NCBI RefSeq assembly: GCF_009914755.1
Contig: NC_060947.1
Source of the DNA: the human T2T-CHM13v2.0 reference genome, Homo sapiens
Reading direction: 5' to 3' (one strand)
Length of the DNA stretch: 64,000 nt
Positions 29,961 through 44,101 of the stretch are shown one piece after another (positions within the stretch are counted from its first letter, which is position 1; the number at the start of each line of letters is the position of its first letter). The notes below the pieces were generated by a model, which saw only the letters and a program-made list of their open reading frames with translations, was not told the DNA's origin and did no database searches. Position numbers and translations under genes: made by a program.

Positions 29961-30601
29961 ATTATTTTAAATTGTTTTATCATATCAACTAAACAGGGCC
30001 TCCTAGAAATAGGACACAAAACATATACAGTATTCTGATGGAAGGAATCACTAAGAAAAGGGCAAAACACAGACAGAAGCATGGAAAGGGCAAGTTCAAG
30101 GGAGGAGCCATACAGAGGGGCCCTAGAGGTCTGTGAAAAGACATACTATGAATGAAGACTCCTAAATTTGGAGCACTTAACACAAATTTCTCCAGCTTCA
30201 CAGGTTTATCTTTGGCTGGTTCTCACAGTGACTGGAGTACTTCAGTTTGGTCCAAGTTTTACTCTAAGATAAAGAAAAGCTAACACTGCACTTTTGAAAG
30301 ACTCCATTTGGTTTATTAAGTAATTAACTTCCTGATGCACAAAGGACAAAGCACTGAGGGGCCCTATGAAGCCAATTAAAGCCCAAATGGCTGGATTGCT
30401 GCAAAGAATGGGTACATGGGGAAAAGCCTTGCCTTTCTCATGCTACCTCCCACCAATCTACTAATTAGACTGGGGAGACAAAGAGCGGATGATGAGGAAG
30501 CCAGGAAATGCCAACCTGAAAGATGCTGGGAGGCCTGGGAACCAAAAGGAAATAAGGTAAAGCTCAGGGCATTCCTCAGTGAGTGTTAAGCAGGAACCAG
30601 G

Positions 30602-30983
30602 TGTTATAGTTTGGATATTTGTCCCCTCCAGATCTCATTTTCAAATGTGATCTCCAGTGTTGGTAGTGGGGCAGGTGTTTGGGTCATGGGAGAGGATCTC
30701 TCATGAAGAACTTAGTGCCCTCTCCATGGTAATGAGTTCATGGGAGAGCTGATTGTTTAAAAGAGCCTCGCGTCTCCCTTGCTCCCTCTCTTACCACGTG
30801 ACATGATGGCTCCCCTTCCCTTCTGTAATGAGTAAAAGCTTCCTGAGGCCTCACGAGAAGCCAAGCAGATGTTGGTGACATGCTTGTACAGCCTGTAGAA
30901 CTATGAGCCAAATAAACCTCTTTTCTTTATAAATTACCCAGCCTCAACTATTCCTTTATAGAAATGCAAAATGGACCAATACA
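30602..30983 (+). mobile_element. MaLR solo LTR (MSTB-like)
   Basis: TG..CA termini, internal AATAAACCTCTTTTCTTTATAAATTACCCAG, and a 5-bp TSD CCAGG. Confidence 0.9.
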
Positions 30984-31159
30984 CCAGGCAGGTACAAAGC
31001 AATTTATTCCCTTTCCATATTATTTGAAATTATATTTTGATACATATTGAAAGCTCTTTGAGTTGTGAAACCATTTCTTATTCATTTCCCTTTTTTCACT
31101 CGTGTCTAACACAATGCCTGCAGAAAGTAAGTGTTCAATATGGGTTTTTGTTGTTATTG

Positions 31160-31297
31160 TTTTCTTTTTGTTTGTTTTTTAGAGACGAGGTCTTGCTATA
31201 TTGCCTAGGCTGGTCTGGAACTCCTGGTCTCAAGCAGTCCTCTTACCTTGGTCTCCCAAAGTGCTAGCAGTGCAGGCATGAACCACTGCACCTGGCC
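31160..31297 (-). mobile_element. Alu monomer (FLAM/AluJ-like)
   Basis: Single left-arm-type monomer with a T tract. Degenerate TSD CAATATGGGTTT/CAGTACAGGTTT. Confidence 0.85.
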
Positions 31298-31404
31298 CCA
31301 GTACAGGTTTATTGAATTGAAATATGTTTGCATGTCAAAAATGGATAAGGATGGGAGAAGAACCTCTCTGAGTCTCTATTTTCCATTTGTAAAATGGCAG
31401 AATA

Positions 31405-31713
<309 letters not shown>

Positions 31714-32174
31714 GCAGAATACCAATAGACCCTACCTCATTAGATTTTGAGACCTAGTCAAGTTAACACTTATACTTAGGAAACATACCTGACAATAGTA
31801 AGCACTTTATACATTTCAGGAATTATTTCTAAGAGAATTAAATAAAATTAAATGAGATGGAATGTATACAGCAGGGGCCACAGCATTTCTAATTAGGACT
31901 CAGACACATTTGGGTAAATCTGGTACGAACTTTAAAAATTCCTAAAGGGCCTATTTTGATGTGGTCTGGGAAGGCTTCTGGAGGAGAATCATGGTAAGGG
32001 AAGGAATAAGGTATATTGACCTTGATAAGGGATGGAATGGGAGTGTTGAAACAGCTTAAGTCATCAGGGATCCTAAGCACTGTGAAGTATCTGCCATTTG
32101 GCTCTATTTCCTAGCCCAATCCCACACGGCCTATGACAGAATAGGGAGTGATGGAACAGTTAAGGATGTTCAAG

Positions 32175-33590
32175 AGTATTAGTGAAAGCTGTGAAGGGGA
32201 AAAGGGTGCTGAGATAAGTAACTTTGGAGGTGAGTGGGGACTGTAAGAGTTAAGGCAAAAGGAACTGCACAGGAGCACCATACTCTATTAGTTGTTTCCC
32301 ATGGGGTATGGGTTAACAATTCTGATACTGCTGTACATGTACAGTATACTAGAATTGAACAATTAAGTAAATGAATAGCAGATGGTAAGAGCCAAGTTTC
32401 TTGCTGTTGAAATGGATGGTCACAGATGAGCAAGTGGAGAGGCTAGAATAGAGTTGGAAACATCAGTTTAAATTCATGTTTACCTTAACATAGATTTACC
32501 AACAAAAAGTACAAAAATTGGAAAAACATGAAAATCAATACACCAAAAAAAGAATACTTGTTTACAGGATGAGAGCCGCAAACAAGAAGGTAGAACATCA
32601 CCTTGTTCCACCTCAGCTGAGAAGGTTTATATCAGACTACTCAAAGTTTTTGCCACTCTGCACATGTCTGCAAATGAACATGAAGGCACCATAAGTATTG
32701 ATTTGCAGTTTACAAATAAATTTTAGTAAGTAGGCAAATTCACAAATATGAAATCCATGAATAATAAGGATCGACTACATTAGAGTATAACTTGAAGTTC
32801 AAAGTAAATATCCATGAATCTATACTGATATAAATTATTGAATAAATAAATGGGAGGAAACAGACAAATCTCCCATGCAGAAGATTCCAAAAAATTTATG
32901 GAGATACTCTACCCTCAAGATACTACCCAATCAACCCAATGAGTTGTACATAGTGACTTCCTTCCAAAGACCACAGTATAGAAAGATATTTTTAAAAGAG
33001 TGACTTTACACCAGAGAAGTCAGGTTTCAGTTATTACACTGAAGAAACTTGAAAACTTCAGTCAGGTGATCAAGGTCAATATCAACTTTGATAAGTCATA
33101 TTGATAGTTTGTACCCTTGATATGAATGATAAGAATGGCACTGCGCCTCTGTGGTTTTCCTTCCCCATACCCAAGTCTAACCATGAGACAAACATTAGAC
33201 AAATCTCAATTGAGAGAAATTCTACAAAATAACTAACTGGTAGTCCTCAAAATTGTTAAGGTCTTCAAAAGCAAGTAAAGTCTTAGAAACTGTCACAGCC
33301 AAGAGGAACCCAAAGAGACACGATAATTAAGTGTAACTTGGTATCCCGGGTGGGATCCTTGGATAGAAAAAAGACATTAGGAAAAACAGGAAATATGAAT
33401 AATGCATCAACTTAAGTTAATAATAATGCATTAATATTGATTCATTAATTGTGACAAATGTACCATAATTATGTATTAACAATACGGGATACTGAGTATG
33501 AGGTATGTGGCAATTCCCTGAAGTAAATCTTAACTTTTCTGTAAATCTAAAAAGATAACTACTCTAAAGTAAAAGGATTATTCAAAAACA
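32175..33590 (+). mobile_element. L1MC/L1MD-like 3' region containing a MER82-like Tigger fragment (~32640-32778)
   Basis: L1MC-type 3' UTR motifs (GGCAAAAGGAACTG, GTGACAAATGTACCA, TTCTGTAAATCTAAAA). ACAAATAAATTTTAG..AATAATAAGGATCGACT resembles a MER82 terminus. Confidence 0.7.
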
Positions 33591-34102
33591 TTGTAAGGTA
33601 ATCAGCAGTCCTGCTTTCGGACACTTTCCAATAAAATGTAATTCAAATGAAAAAGACGTATGCTGTTCCTACTTTGAGAAAAATTTTCCAGGTGTTCTGG
33701 GGCCATGAACACACCTGTGCTTTGTTGTCAGCACTCAGCAGAAAGGCAACAGGGTGAGAAGGAGAAATCAGATTCCAGCAGAGCAGGAGCGGCACCCAAG
33801 AAACAACAGTGCCTCAATGGGAGACAGTAGTTCCAGATGAATGTGTGGTTAATGTCCAACAAAGCAGCAACAGCACATGGCAAGCAAACATGTTCATGAT
33901 CACATAGGGGATACCCACTAGAGACTGCCAAGAGTTTGAGAGACACAACAGGGTACTGGGATCCTACAAGAAGCAGATGGAGCAAGAGCCAATGATATTG
34001 GATTATATACTATTATTAAGACTGTTGAGAGCTAAGGAATCTTACAGGTTACACATGCAATGTCTAGCCCATAATAGGTCCTTCATAAGTTTGGTTGCTT
34101 GC

Positions 34103-35283
34103 CAGTGTGCTGGGAGTTGATATATCCTAGCTCACAAGAGCCAGTTTTTATATCTTCAAAAATTCTGTAAGCTGGTTTTTAAACACAGCCATTATTAAAA
34201 ATTCAATTGTGTCTACCTACAATGAAATTATATTAAAACCAAAAGTAATAGTCAAAACACATCACCTTCTAATTCTTGAATTACATTACATTTTGTCTAT
34301 CTATGCCCTTGAGGTTATTTATAGCTATAGTATCCTTAGGGTGGAAATACCCTATAATGGTATGCTTCTGTGCATCTCTTCCCACTATTTACCCAGTAAC
34401 ATCGCAATTGTAGCTTGACATCAACTATGGTAGGGATTATTTACAGTATGAAAATTGTGAAATGCTTAAGATCAAGGCTTAATTTATTGTTTTGTTGATA
34501 GTCCAAACTTTAAAAAGTGATGGAGAAAGCATTAATAATGCAGATTAAACTTAAAACTGTTATATCTATAGGCATTACATTTTGACTAATCAAGAAAAGA
34601 AGAACAATGTTCTTCCAATCTTCAAAACCTATTATTTGATTCAACAAAGGAGTTGCCCACATCACTGATGAATAAGTGAAATTCTGACATGCATCTTTGT
34701 TGTTTCACTTTCATTAATCATTAACATAAATGAGAATATCAGTCACGTTTATGTAGGGACTACATTCATTCATCAATCACAACCATAGATTGACTATGGA
34801 TAAAAGAACTTGCAAAAATTAACAAAAGCATTCTGTAAGCATAAACTGGTTTGTGGAATTTAAAATAAGGAGTAACGCATGCTATTTTTTAATTGTGTAC
34901 TACTCATCCTTTATATCAATACAATGTAAAAATGTGCACGCACATGCATTTTTTTCTGGAAAGTTTTTTTTTTTTTAATTATACTTTAAGTTTTAGGGTA
35001 CATGTGCACATTGTGCAGGTTAGTTACATATGTATACATGTGCCATGCTGGTGCGCTGCACCCACTAACTCGTCATCTAGCATTAGGTATATCTCCCAAT
35101 GCTATGCCTCCCCCCTCCCCCCACCCCACAACAGTCCCCAGAGTGTGATGTTCCCCTTCCTGTGTCCATGTGATCTCATTGTTCAATTCCCACCTATGAG
35201 TGAGAATATGCGGTGTTTGGTTTTTTTTTTTTTTTTTTTTGTTCTAGAAAGTTGGTTGTTCATGTTTTACCAGCACACCCCGC
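34103..35283 (+). mobile_element. Long MER63-family hAT-Blackjack element interrupted by a short L1
   Basis: Starts CAGTGTGCTGG..GCTCACAAGAGCCA, has internal GTAGCTTGA, and ends TTTACCAGCACACC. Confidence 0.7.
34966..35244 (-). mobile_element. 5'-truncated L1PA 3' end (~280 bp)
   Basis: Reverse complement of the L1PA 3' UTR with poly(T). TSD TTCT(G/A)GAAAGTT. Confidence 0.95.
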
Positions 35284-35881
35284 AGGTTCCTTGTCCCTTT
35301 GTTCTGAGGGAGACTATATAGAATATATAAATATATATCAGCAGTCACTAGACTCCTGGTTTATTGCTTAGATTTTTTCCAAGTTTCTCCAGGTGAGATT
35401 TGTTGGGATCTAGCCTGAGAAACAAAGACAAGAAAGGAGGGACTGTGTGAGGAAGCTGGGCAGAGGCTGAGGAATGAGCATGTAATACCTAGGAAAACTG
35501 AAGGAATTAAGACCAAATCTCACACATGTTAAGCAGGTTGGGTCAAACTTAGCTCTAGCTGTCTCTCTGTTTCCCACTCCTGGACTATTTGCAAGAAAGC
35601 ATAACTCTTTTCACTCATCCATGTCTTCCAAGCTAGAGTAAACACATTCAATTTTCAGAAGCTTCCAATGGCAGCAGAAATTGATGTATTAAATTAGGAA
35701 GAAGCATTGTTTAGCATATGTGAGAACATGAAAAAAAGCTAAAATACAAAAGTAAATAATGTACTGGGCATGGTGGCTCGTGCCTGTAATTCCATCACGT
35801 TGGGAGGCCTAGGAGGGAGGATAGCTTGAGGCCAGGAGTTTGAAACCAGCCTGGGCAACCTAGAGAGACTCTGTCTCTACA

Positions 35882-36114
35882 GGATCACCTAAGGTCAGGA
35901 GTTCTAAAGCAGCCTGGCCAACATGGTGAAACCTTGTCTCTACTAAAAAAAAAAATACAAAATTTAGCCAGGCGTGGTGGCATGCACCTGTAATCCCAGC
36001 TGCTCGGGAGGCTGAGTCAGGAGAATTCCTTGAACCTTTGAGGCAGAGGTGCAGTGAGCCAGAATCACATCATTGCACTCCAGCCTGGGCAACAAGAGCA
36101 AAACTCCATCTCAA
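35882..36114 (+). mobile_element. 5'-truncated AluS nested in the AluJ linker
   Basis: Starts GGATCACCTAAGGTCAGGAG and ends ACTCCATCTCAAA. Confidence 0.9.
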
Positions 36115-36817
36115 ATATATATATATATATAATATATATACAATATATTATATATTATATGTATTATATATACAATATATTATATGTATTGTATATACAA
36201 TACGTTATATATTGTATGTATTGTATATACAATACGTTATATATTGTATGTATTGTATATACAATACGTTATATATTGTATGTATTGTATATACAATACG
36301 TTATATATTGTATGTATTGTATATACAATACGTTATATATTGTATGTATTGTATATGCAATATATTGTATTATATATGCAATATATTGTATGTATTATAT
36401 ATGCAATATATTGTATGTATTATATATGCAATATTATATTATATATACAATATATTACATTATATATTACATATACAATATATTATATATTACATACACA
36501 ATACATTATATACAATATAATATATATGCAATATATTATATGTAAAATATACACCATATTATATATGCAATACATTATATGTAAAATATACACTATATTA
36601 TATATGCAATATATTATATGTAATATATACACTATATTATATGTGTGATATATTATATGTAATATATACACTATATTATATGTGCAATATATTATATGTA
36701 ATATATGCATTATATTATATATGCAATATATTATACTCGATATAATATTGTATGTATGATATATACAATATATAATATCATATATATTATAAATAATATA
36801 TTGCATATTATATATAT
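36115..36817. repeat. AT-rich minisatellite/low-complexity array (32-bp and ~39-bp units)
   Basis: TACGTT recurs at 36201, 36233, 36265, 36297 and 36329. Each unit contains the palindrome GTATTGTATATACAATAC. Confidence 0.95.
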
Positions 36818-37210
36818 ACAAAAATTAGCTGGGCATGGTGGCATGCACCTGTAGTCCTAGCTACTCAGAAGACTGAGATAGGAGGGTCACTTGAGCCCAG
36901 GAGGTCGAGGCTGCAGTGGGACTATGATTGCACCACTGCACTATAGCCTAGGCAACAGACAGACTCCATTTTTTAAAAAGTAAATACATAAATAAAATGA
37001 GTATAATGGAGTACTTGCTTACATTTTGATACTACTGCTCCCTGTTGGCTTCGCCATAGCTGACGGAGAGAGGACCGTCTGTTATAAAAGGTGTCTCAGG
37101 GGACCTACTATCATCAGAACTGAAGCTTGACTTTCAGAGAGGCTCTTGTCAATTCAGAGAGTATTACAGAACAACAAAACATAGTCTTTCTTGCTGTTCC
37201 TTCCCTAATC

Positions 37211-37323
37211 AATACATTAAGTCTTCACTTAACATCCTTGATGAGAAAATAATGTTTTTTTATGTCATTTAACTTAAAGTTGCAATTTCCAAGAACCTGT
37301 CAATGACATTGAGGACTTACTGT
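37211..37323. mobile_element. Short TcMar-Tigger MITE (MER6-like)
   Basis: Inverted termini CATTAAGTCTTCACTTAACATC / GACATTGAGGACTTACTG, flanked by TA. Confidence 0.5.
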
Positions 37324-37554
37324 ACTAAAAATTAGCAGCTAGCACACATCCTTGACACAACCTTGATTTCATAGTGTATATGTTAAGTGTGCAAGAAACA
37401 CTTTAACATTTTTTGCCATGTTTGATTATTAAGAAGAAGCTTTGTAGTTTAATTTGGGTATTTTAGCTATTATTGTATGTGTGTTATAATGGGAAATGGA
37501 AAGAAAAAGGATCAGGAACAAAAGTAAAAAAAAAATGTCAGAGATCAAGGCAAT

Positions 37555-37692
37555 AGGATTCTGGAGCTAGCACAAACTGACAAATTGGTTTACAAGAGCC
37601 AATCGTGCACATCTCTTCTGAACACAGAATTCAGTGCCCTCAAGCTGGTAGCTTGAAACTGGCCTTGGTGAGTGTATTTACATCACAGAAAT
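37555..37692 (+). mobile_element. MER63A-like 5' half
   Basis: AAGAGCCAATCGTGCACATCTCTTC..GGTAGCTTGAAA..GTATTTACATCACAGAAAT. Confidence 0.75.
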
Positions 37693-38952
<1,260 letters not shown>

Positions 38953-40105
38953 GGAGACTTTTAATAGAGAAGCCACTGATGGGACTCATGGCTGCCAACT
39001 TTATGTTTCAATCCAAGGATCTAATTTCAAAGCCTCCATCAATCTCCTGACCCAACTTTTCACTGAAAAACAGCTTCTCAACAGTCTGTTCCTGCAATCA
39101 TGGTTGTCACTTAAACTTTCATAAACCCTGGAAAATAAGGCGTCTGTATTAAAGAGTAATGCTAAGATGCTAATGGAAACTCACTAATTGAAGTGCTGGT
39201 CAAATCCATATTGGGAAGAGGCCCCTGGATTCCACAGAGACTGGTGGCCAACCGGGCAGCTCCCAGAAGCACTGAAGTTATCAAGACCCAGGAGGCCTGC
39301 TAATTACTTAAATACCTTCCTATTTTACCCCTTCATTTAACATTTAAGACCTTGAAAGAATCAGATGAACCAAGCAGAAGTTGAATTTTAAGTGGAGTGT
39401 AGATACTACCAGGTAGTTTTGCATCTACCATAACATAATACTTTTCAAAATATGACACTGATTCTGGGCTTCTTAGTTTTTATATATAAAAACATTTTGG
39501 TCTCTGTTATGTTCAAGTGCTCTTGTATCCTCATTATCATGAATGGTCATTTATTGAAAACACAGAGAACCTTTTTTCTCTTATGCACTTTGCAAATTTT
39601 CCTCAGCTTCTACAACACATTTTATTTCATCATCAAATCATTTATTTTAGGGCAATGAGATGATAGAAACAAATTACATAGGTGAATTCTTCTTCGGCAT
39701 CAAGTCATGGATAATGCCAAACTGCGCTGAATCCTGGACAGACAGCAACTCATCTTAAGCAACTATTATACAAAGTATGGTAAAGCTATGTCAGCCAACA
39801 AAACTTGAAAGGCAGAAAATAGGGCATACTCCTTTATGCCTTAAAGGAAGGGAAATAGACTATCAGTAGCTGGACTCATCTGTTCTTTGTTGCTATTGTC
39901 AGAATAAGCCTAGAGATGCATTAGCTCAGAAAAGAATTGTGCTGCTTAACAAGATGGGGGAAGGGGGAGAGGATAAAAGGAAAATGTGAAGTACAATGTA
40001 AGCCCCGTATCATTGAAATATAGATCTTTCTTCCATCAAAAAAATGAAAAAAAAAGAAACCTGAAAACCTACTTTATATTTTTTAAAAAAAAACATAAAA
40101 AATTC

Positions 40106-41176
40106 TTTGCAAAGAAAATATCTGATAAAGGACTATTACCCAAAATGTACAAAAACTCTTAAAATTCAACAGTAAGGAAACAACCCAATTAAAATATAGT
40201 CTAATACCTTAATAGACATGTCACCAAAGAAGATATACAGATAGCAAATAGGCATATGAAAAAAATGTTCCATGTCATATGTCACAAGGGAAATGCAAAT
40301 TAAAACAAAAATGAGATACCACTACACATCTATTAGAATGTCCAAAATCCAAAACACAACACCAAATGCTGGCAAGGATGTGGAGCAATAAGAACTCTCA
40401 TTCATTGCTGATGGAAAAGCGAAATGGTACAGTCACTTTGGAAGACAGTGTGGCAGTTTCTTACAAAACTAAGCATACTCTTACCATAAGATATAGCAAT
40501 TGCACTCCTTGGTATTTACCCAATGAAGTTGAAAACTTATATCCACACAAACACCTGAGCCTGAATATTTATAGCAGCTTTATTTATACTTGCCAAAACT
40601 TGGAAGCAATCAAGATGTCCTTCAGTAGGTGAATGGATAAATAAACTGTGGTACATCTAAACAATTGAATATTATTCAGTGCTAAAAAGAAATGAGCTAT
40701 CAAGTAATTAAAAGATATGGAGTAAACTTAAATGCACATTACTAAGTGAAAGAAGCCAATCTGAAAAGGCCACATATTTTATGATTCCAGTTATGTAACA
40801 TTCAAGAAAAGGCAAAACTATGGAGACAGTAAAAATATCAGTGGCTGCCAGGGAGTGGGGGAAGGGATGAATAGGTGGGGCACAGAGGATTTTTAAGAGA
40901 AATAAAACTACTCTCTATGATACTATAGTAGTGGATACACATCATTAAGCATCTATCGAAACCCATAAAATATACAGTAATGTAAACTGTGAGTTTTTGG
41001 TGATAATGATGTGTCCATGTAGGTTCATCAATTGAACAAATGTACCACTCTGATGGAAGATGTTGATAATGGGGAGGCTCAACACATGTGGAGGCAGAGC
41101 ATATAAGGAATATCTCTGTACCTTTCTCTCACTTTTGTTGTGAACCTAAAACTACTGTAAAAAATAAAGTCTGTTA
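40106..41176 (+). mobile_element. L1MC1-like 3' fragment
   Basis: TATCTGATAAAGGACT.. through AAATGTACCACTCTG..TGTGAACCTAAAACT..AATAAAG. Confidence 0.85.
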
Positions 41177-41177
41177 A

Positions 41178-41775
41178 AGTCAGGTAGTGTGATACCTCCA
41201 GATTTTTGGTCACGATTGCTTTGGCTATTCAGGACCTTTTGTGGTTCCACATACATTTTAAAATTGCTTTTTCTATTTCTGTGAAGAATGTCATTGGTAT
41301 TTGATAGGGATGGCATTGAATCTATAGATCATTTTGGGTAGTATTGTCATTTTCATAATATTAATTCTTCCAATCCATGACCATGGAATATCTTTCCATT
41401 TTTGTATCCTCTTCAATTTCTTTCTGCAGTGTTTTATAGTTTACCTTGTAGGGATCTTTCACTTCTTTTGTTAAATTTTCCTAGGTACTTTATATTTTTT
41501 GTAGCTATTATAAATGGTATTGATTTCTTGATTTCTTTTTCAAATTGTTCACTGTTGGCATATATAAATACTACTGATTTTTGTAGGTTGATTTTGTATT
41601 CTGCAACTTTACTGAATTCATTTATCAATTTTAACAGTGTTTTTGATGGAATCTTTAGGGTTTTCTAAATATAATACCATGTCATCTGTGAACAAAGTTG
41701 ATTTGAATTCTTCCTTTCCAATTTGAATGCCCTTTATTTCTTTCTCTTGCCTGATTTATCTAGCTAGGATGTCCA
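41178..41775 (-). mobile_element. L1M ORF2 fragment
   Basis: Reverse-strand translation [23 protein letters not shown] is L1 ORF2. Confidence 0.9.
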
Positions 41776-42090
41776 AGAAAATGACAAAAACATCCTACTT
41801 ATGTTGTGGATGTCATGAGTGTGGTTTAAAGCAATGATTGGATAAAAAACTGCTACCAGTAAATCATTTCAATTAGCTATACAGATCAAGAAAAATTTTT
41901 TAAAAAATAACGTGGTATATACTTTTGCCACACACAGCTGAGAAAATCAAGTTATGTGTACTAAGATGAAAACAAGAAAAACTAGGCAGAATGAACTGGA
42001 GGGGTGGGACTAATTATGCCTGGAATGCAGGAAAAAGAGAAAAGGGTGGGGAGAAATGGAGGGAGGGAGGGGGAAAAGAGGGAGGAAGGG

Positions 42091-42163
42091 AATCAGGAAA
42101 CACTACAAAGCTACAAATCAGGGCTTTTTTTCCCCTAGAGAGCCAATTTACCAGCACACCACA
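42091..42163 (+). mobile_element. MER63A-like 3' half
   Basis: GCTACAAATCAGGGCT..AGAGAGCC..TTTACCAGCACACCAC. Confidence 0.7.
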
Positions 42164-42361
42164 GGCTCGAGGATCTTAGTGATCATCAAATGTAACCCCT
42201 TGGAGAATACTAAAGAGGGCAAGTGGGGTTGGGACACTGGGAAATGAGCAAAAAGCCAAAAGGTGTGAATTTGTGCAGGATGTGCAGGAAAGGGATGTTG
42301 AGAAAACCTTGCCCTCTTACCTTCTCCTAGGTTTTGAGACTTGTTCTGTATTCTGGGCCAC

Positions 42362-42364
<3 letters not shown>

Positions 42365-42440
<76 letters not shown>
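42365..42440. repeat. (GT)38 perfect microsatellite
   Basis: Counted directly. Confidence 0.99.
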
Positions 42441-42442
<2 letters not shown>

Positions 42443-42872
42443 CAGGAGAGCAATTGTCATAAATACTTTCACAAGTAGAGAGCCACTCACAGAGCTAAGC
42501 CCGCCTAAGTGAACGTATGGCTTTTTATGCCTTTAGTTCCAGTCCCCAGAGCAACTAAAAGACAAAGCGGTCACAGGTCCCCACCTGGTAGCCAGGAGAG
42601 CAAAACCTCAGTACAGCTCAGCACAATGATCTCTGCTTAACAGATTAGCTACAAATAATTCACCCACTGCTCCAAATTGCTAGGCTAGGCTGGAGTGGCA
42701 ATTCTTGAGGAATAGAGGAATTAAATGACCAGGTTGGTCCATACCCACTTCCTTGGCCCTTCTCGTTTTCCCTGGGTCATTCAAATACCCACTCAGCAGG
42801 GGCAGACAACACAAAAAAGCTCCTGCATTGCCCCGCTCCTCTTGTTTAATTGTTAGATTCTAAAACCACTCA

Positions 42873-43251
<379 letters not shown>

Positions 43252-43746
43252 TCACTGCATTTACCAATCAGGCTCAGCTCTGCACTCTTACTGTCATCTT
43301 CTTTTCCAGGTAGACTTTTCAACCACAGATTATTAGAGGGCCTACTATGTGCCAGCGATATATAGATGTATTTATCTACAGTGATACATGGGTAAGTAAG
43401 ACATGGACCTTACCCTCAAAGAGTTTACAACTAAACAAAGAAGACATACGTACCTTACCATATCATGAGGCAAAATAGAAGCAGGGGCACAGTGATGTAC
43501 AAGTGCCTGGAATCTGGAAAAATTAAGGCCAGGGGGAGTTATAATGAAAAATACTAGCTGATGTTTACTGAACATTTACCATGTGTCACACTCCACAATA
43601 AACCTTTCATATAAATCACTTCATTTAATCTTCCCAACCAAATATAATACGTAGCATCTTCCCCACTTCACAGCTAAAATGATAGACGTATAAAGAGATT
43701 AAATAATTTATCCCAAATTATACAGCTAAATGTTGGAATGGGGGTC

Positions 43747-44101
43747 TGCTATCATGTGAATATTTATGTTCCCCCAAAATTCATATGTTGAAATCTAATC
43801 CCTAAGGTGTTGACATTAAAAGATGGGGCCTTTGGGAGGTGATAAAGTTGTATGGATGGAGTTCTCATGACTGGGATTAGCACCTTTATAATAGAGGCCC
43901 ATGGGAGCTTGTTTGCCCTTTTCCTACCACGTGATGACACAGAAAAAGGCACCATCTAAAAACCAGAAAACAGACACTGAACCTGTCAGCATCTTGGCCT
44001 TGGACTTTTCAATCTCCAGAACTGTGAGAAATAAATGTCTGTTCTTCATAAGTTACCCAGTGTGTGGTATTTTGCTATATTAACCTGAATGGACTAAGAC
44101 A
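43747..44101 (+). mobile_element. MaLR solo LTR (MLT1A-like)
   Basis: TG..CA termini, CCCCCAAAATTCATATGTTGAAA, CCAGAACTGTGAGAAATAAAT, and TSD GGGTC. Confidence 0.9.

Larger units (their letters stand above)
35764..36990 (+). mobile_element. Old Alu (AluJ-like) split at its linker by a second Alu plus a TA-rich array
   Basis: Left arm at 35764-35880 and right arm at 36818-36990. Confidence 0.85.

Noticed and set aside
36038-36821. Tyr/Ile-rich ORFs of 112-163 aa
   Set aside because: Translations of the AT-rich tandem array.
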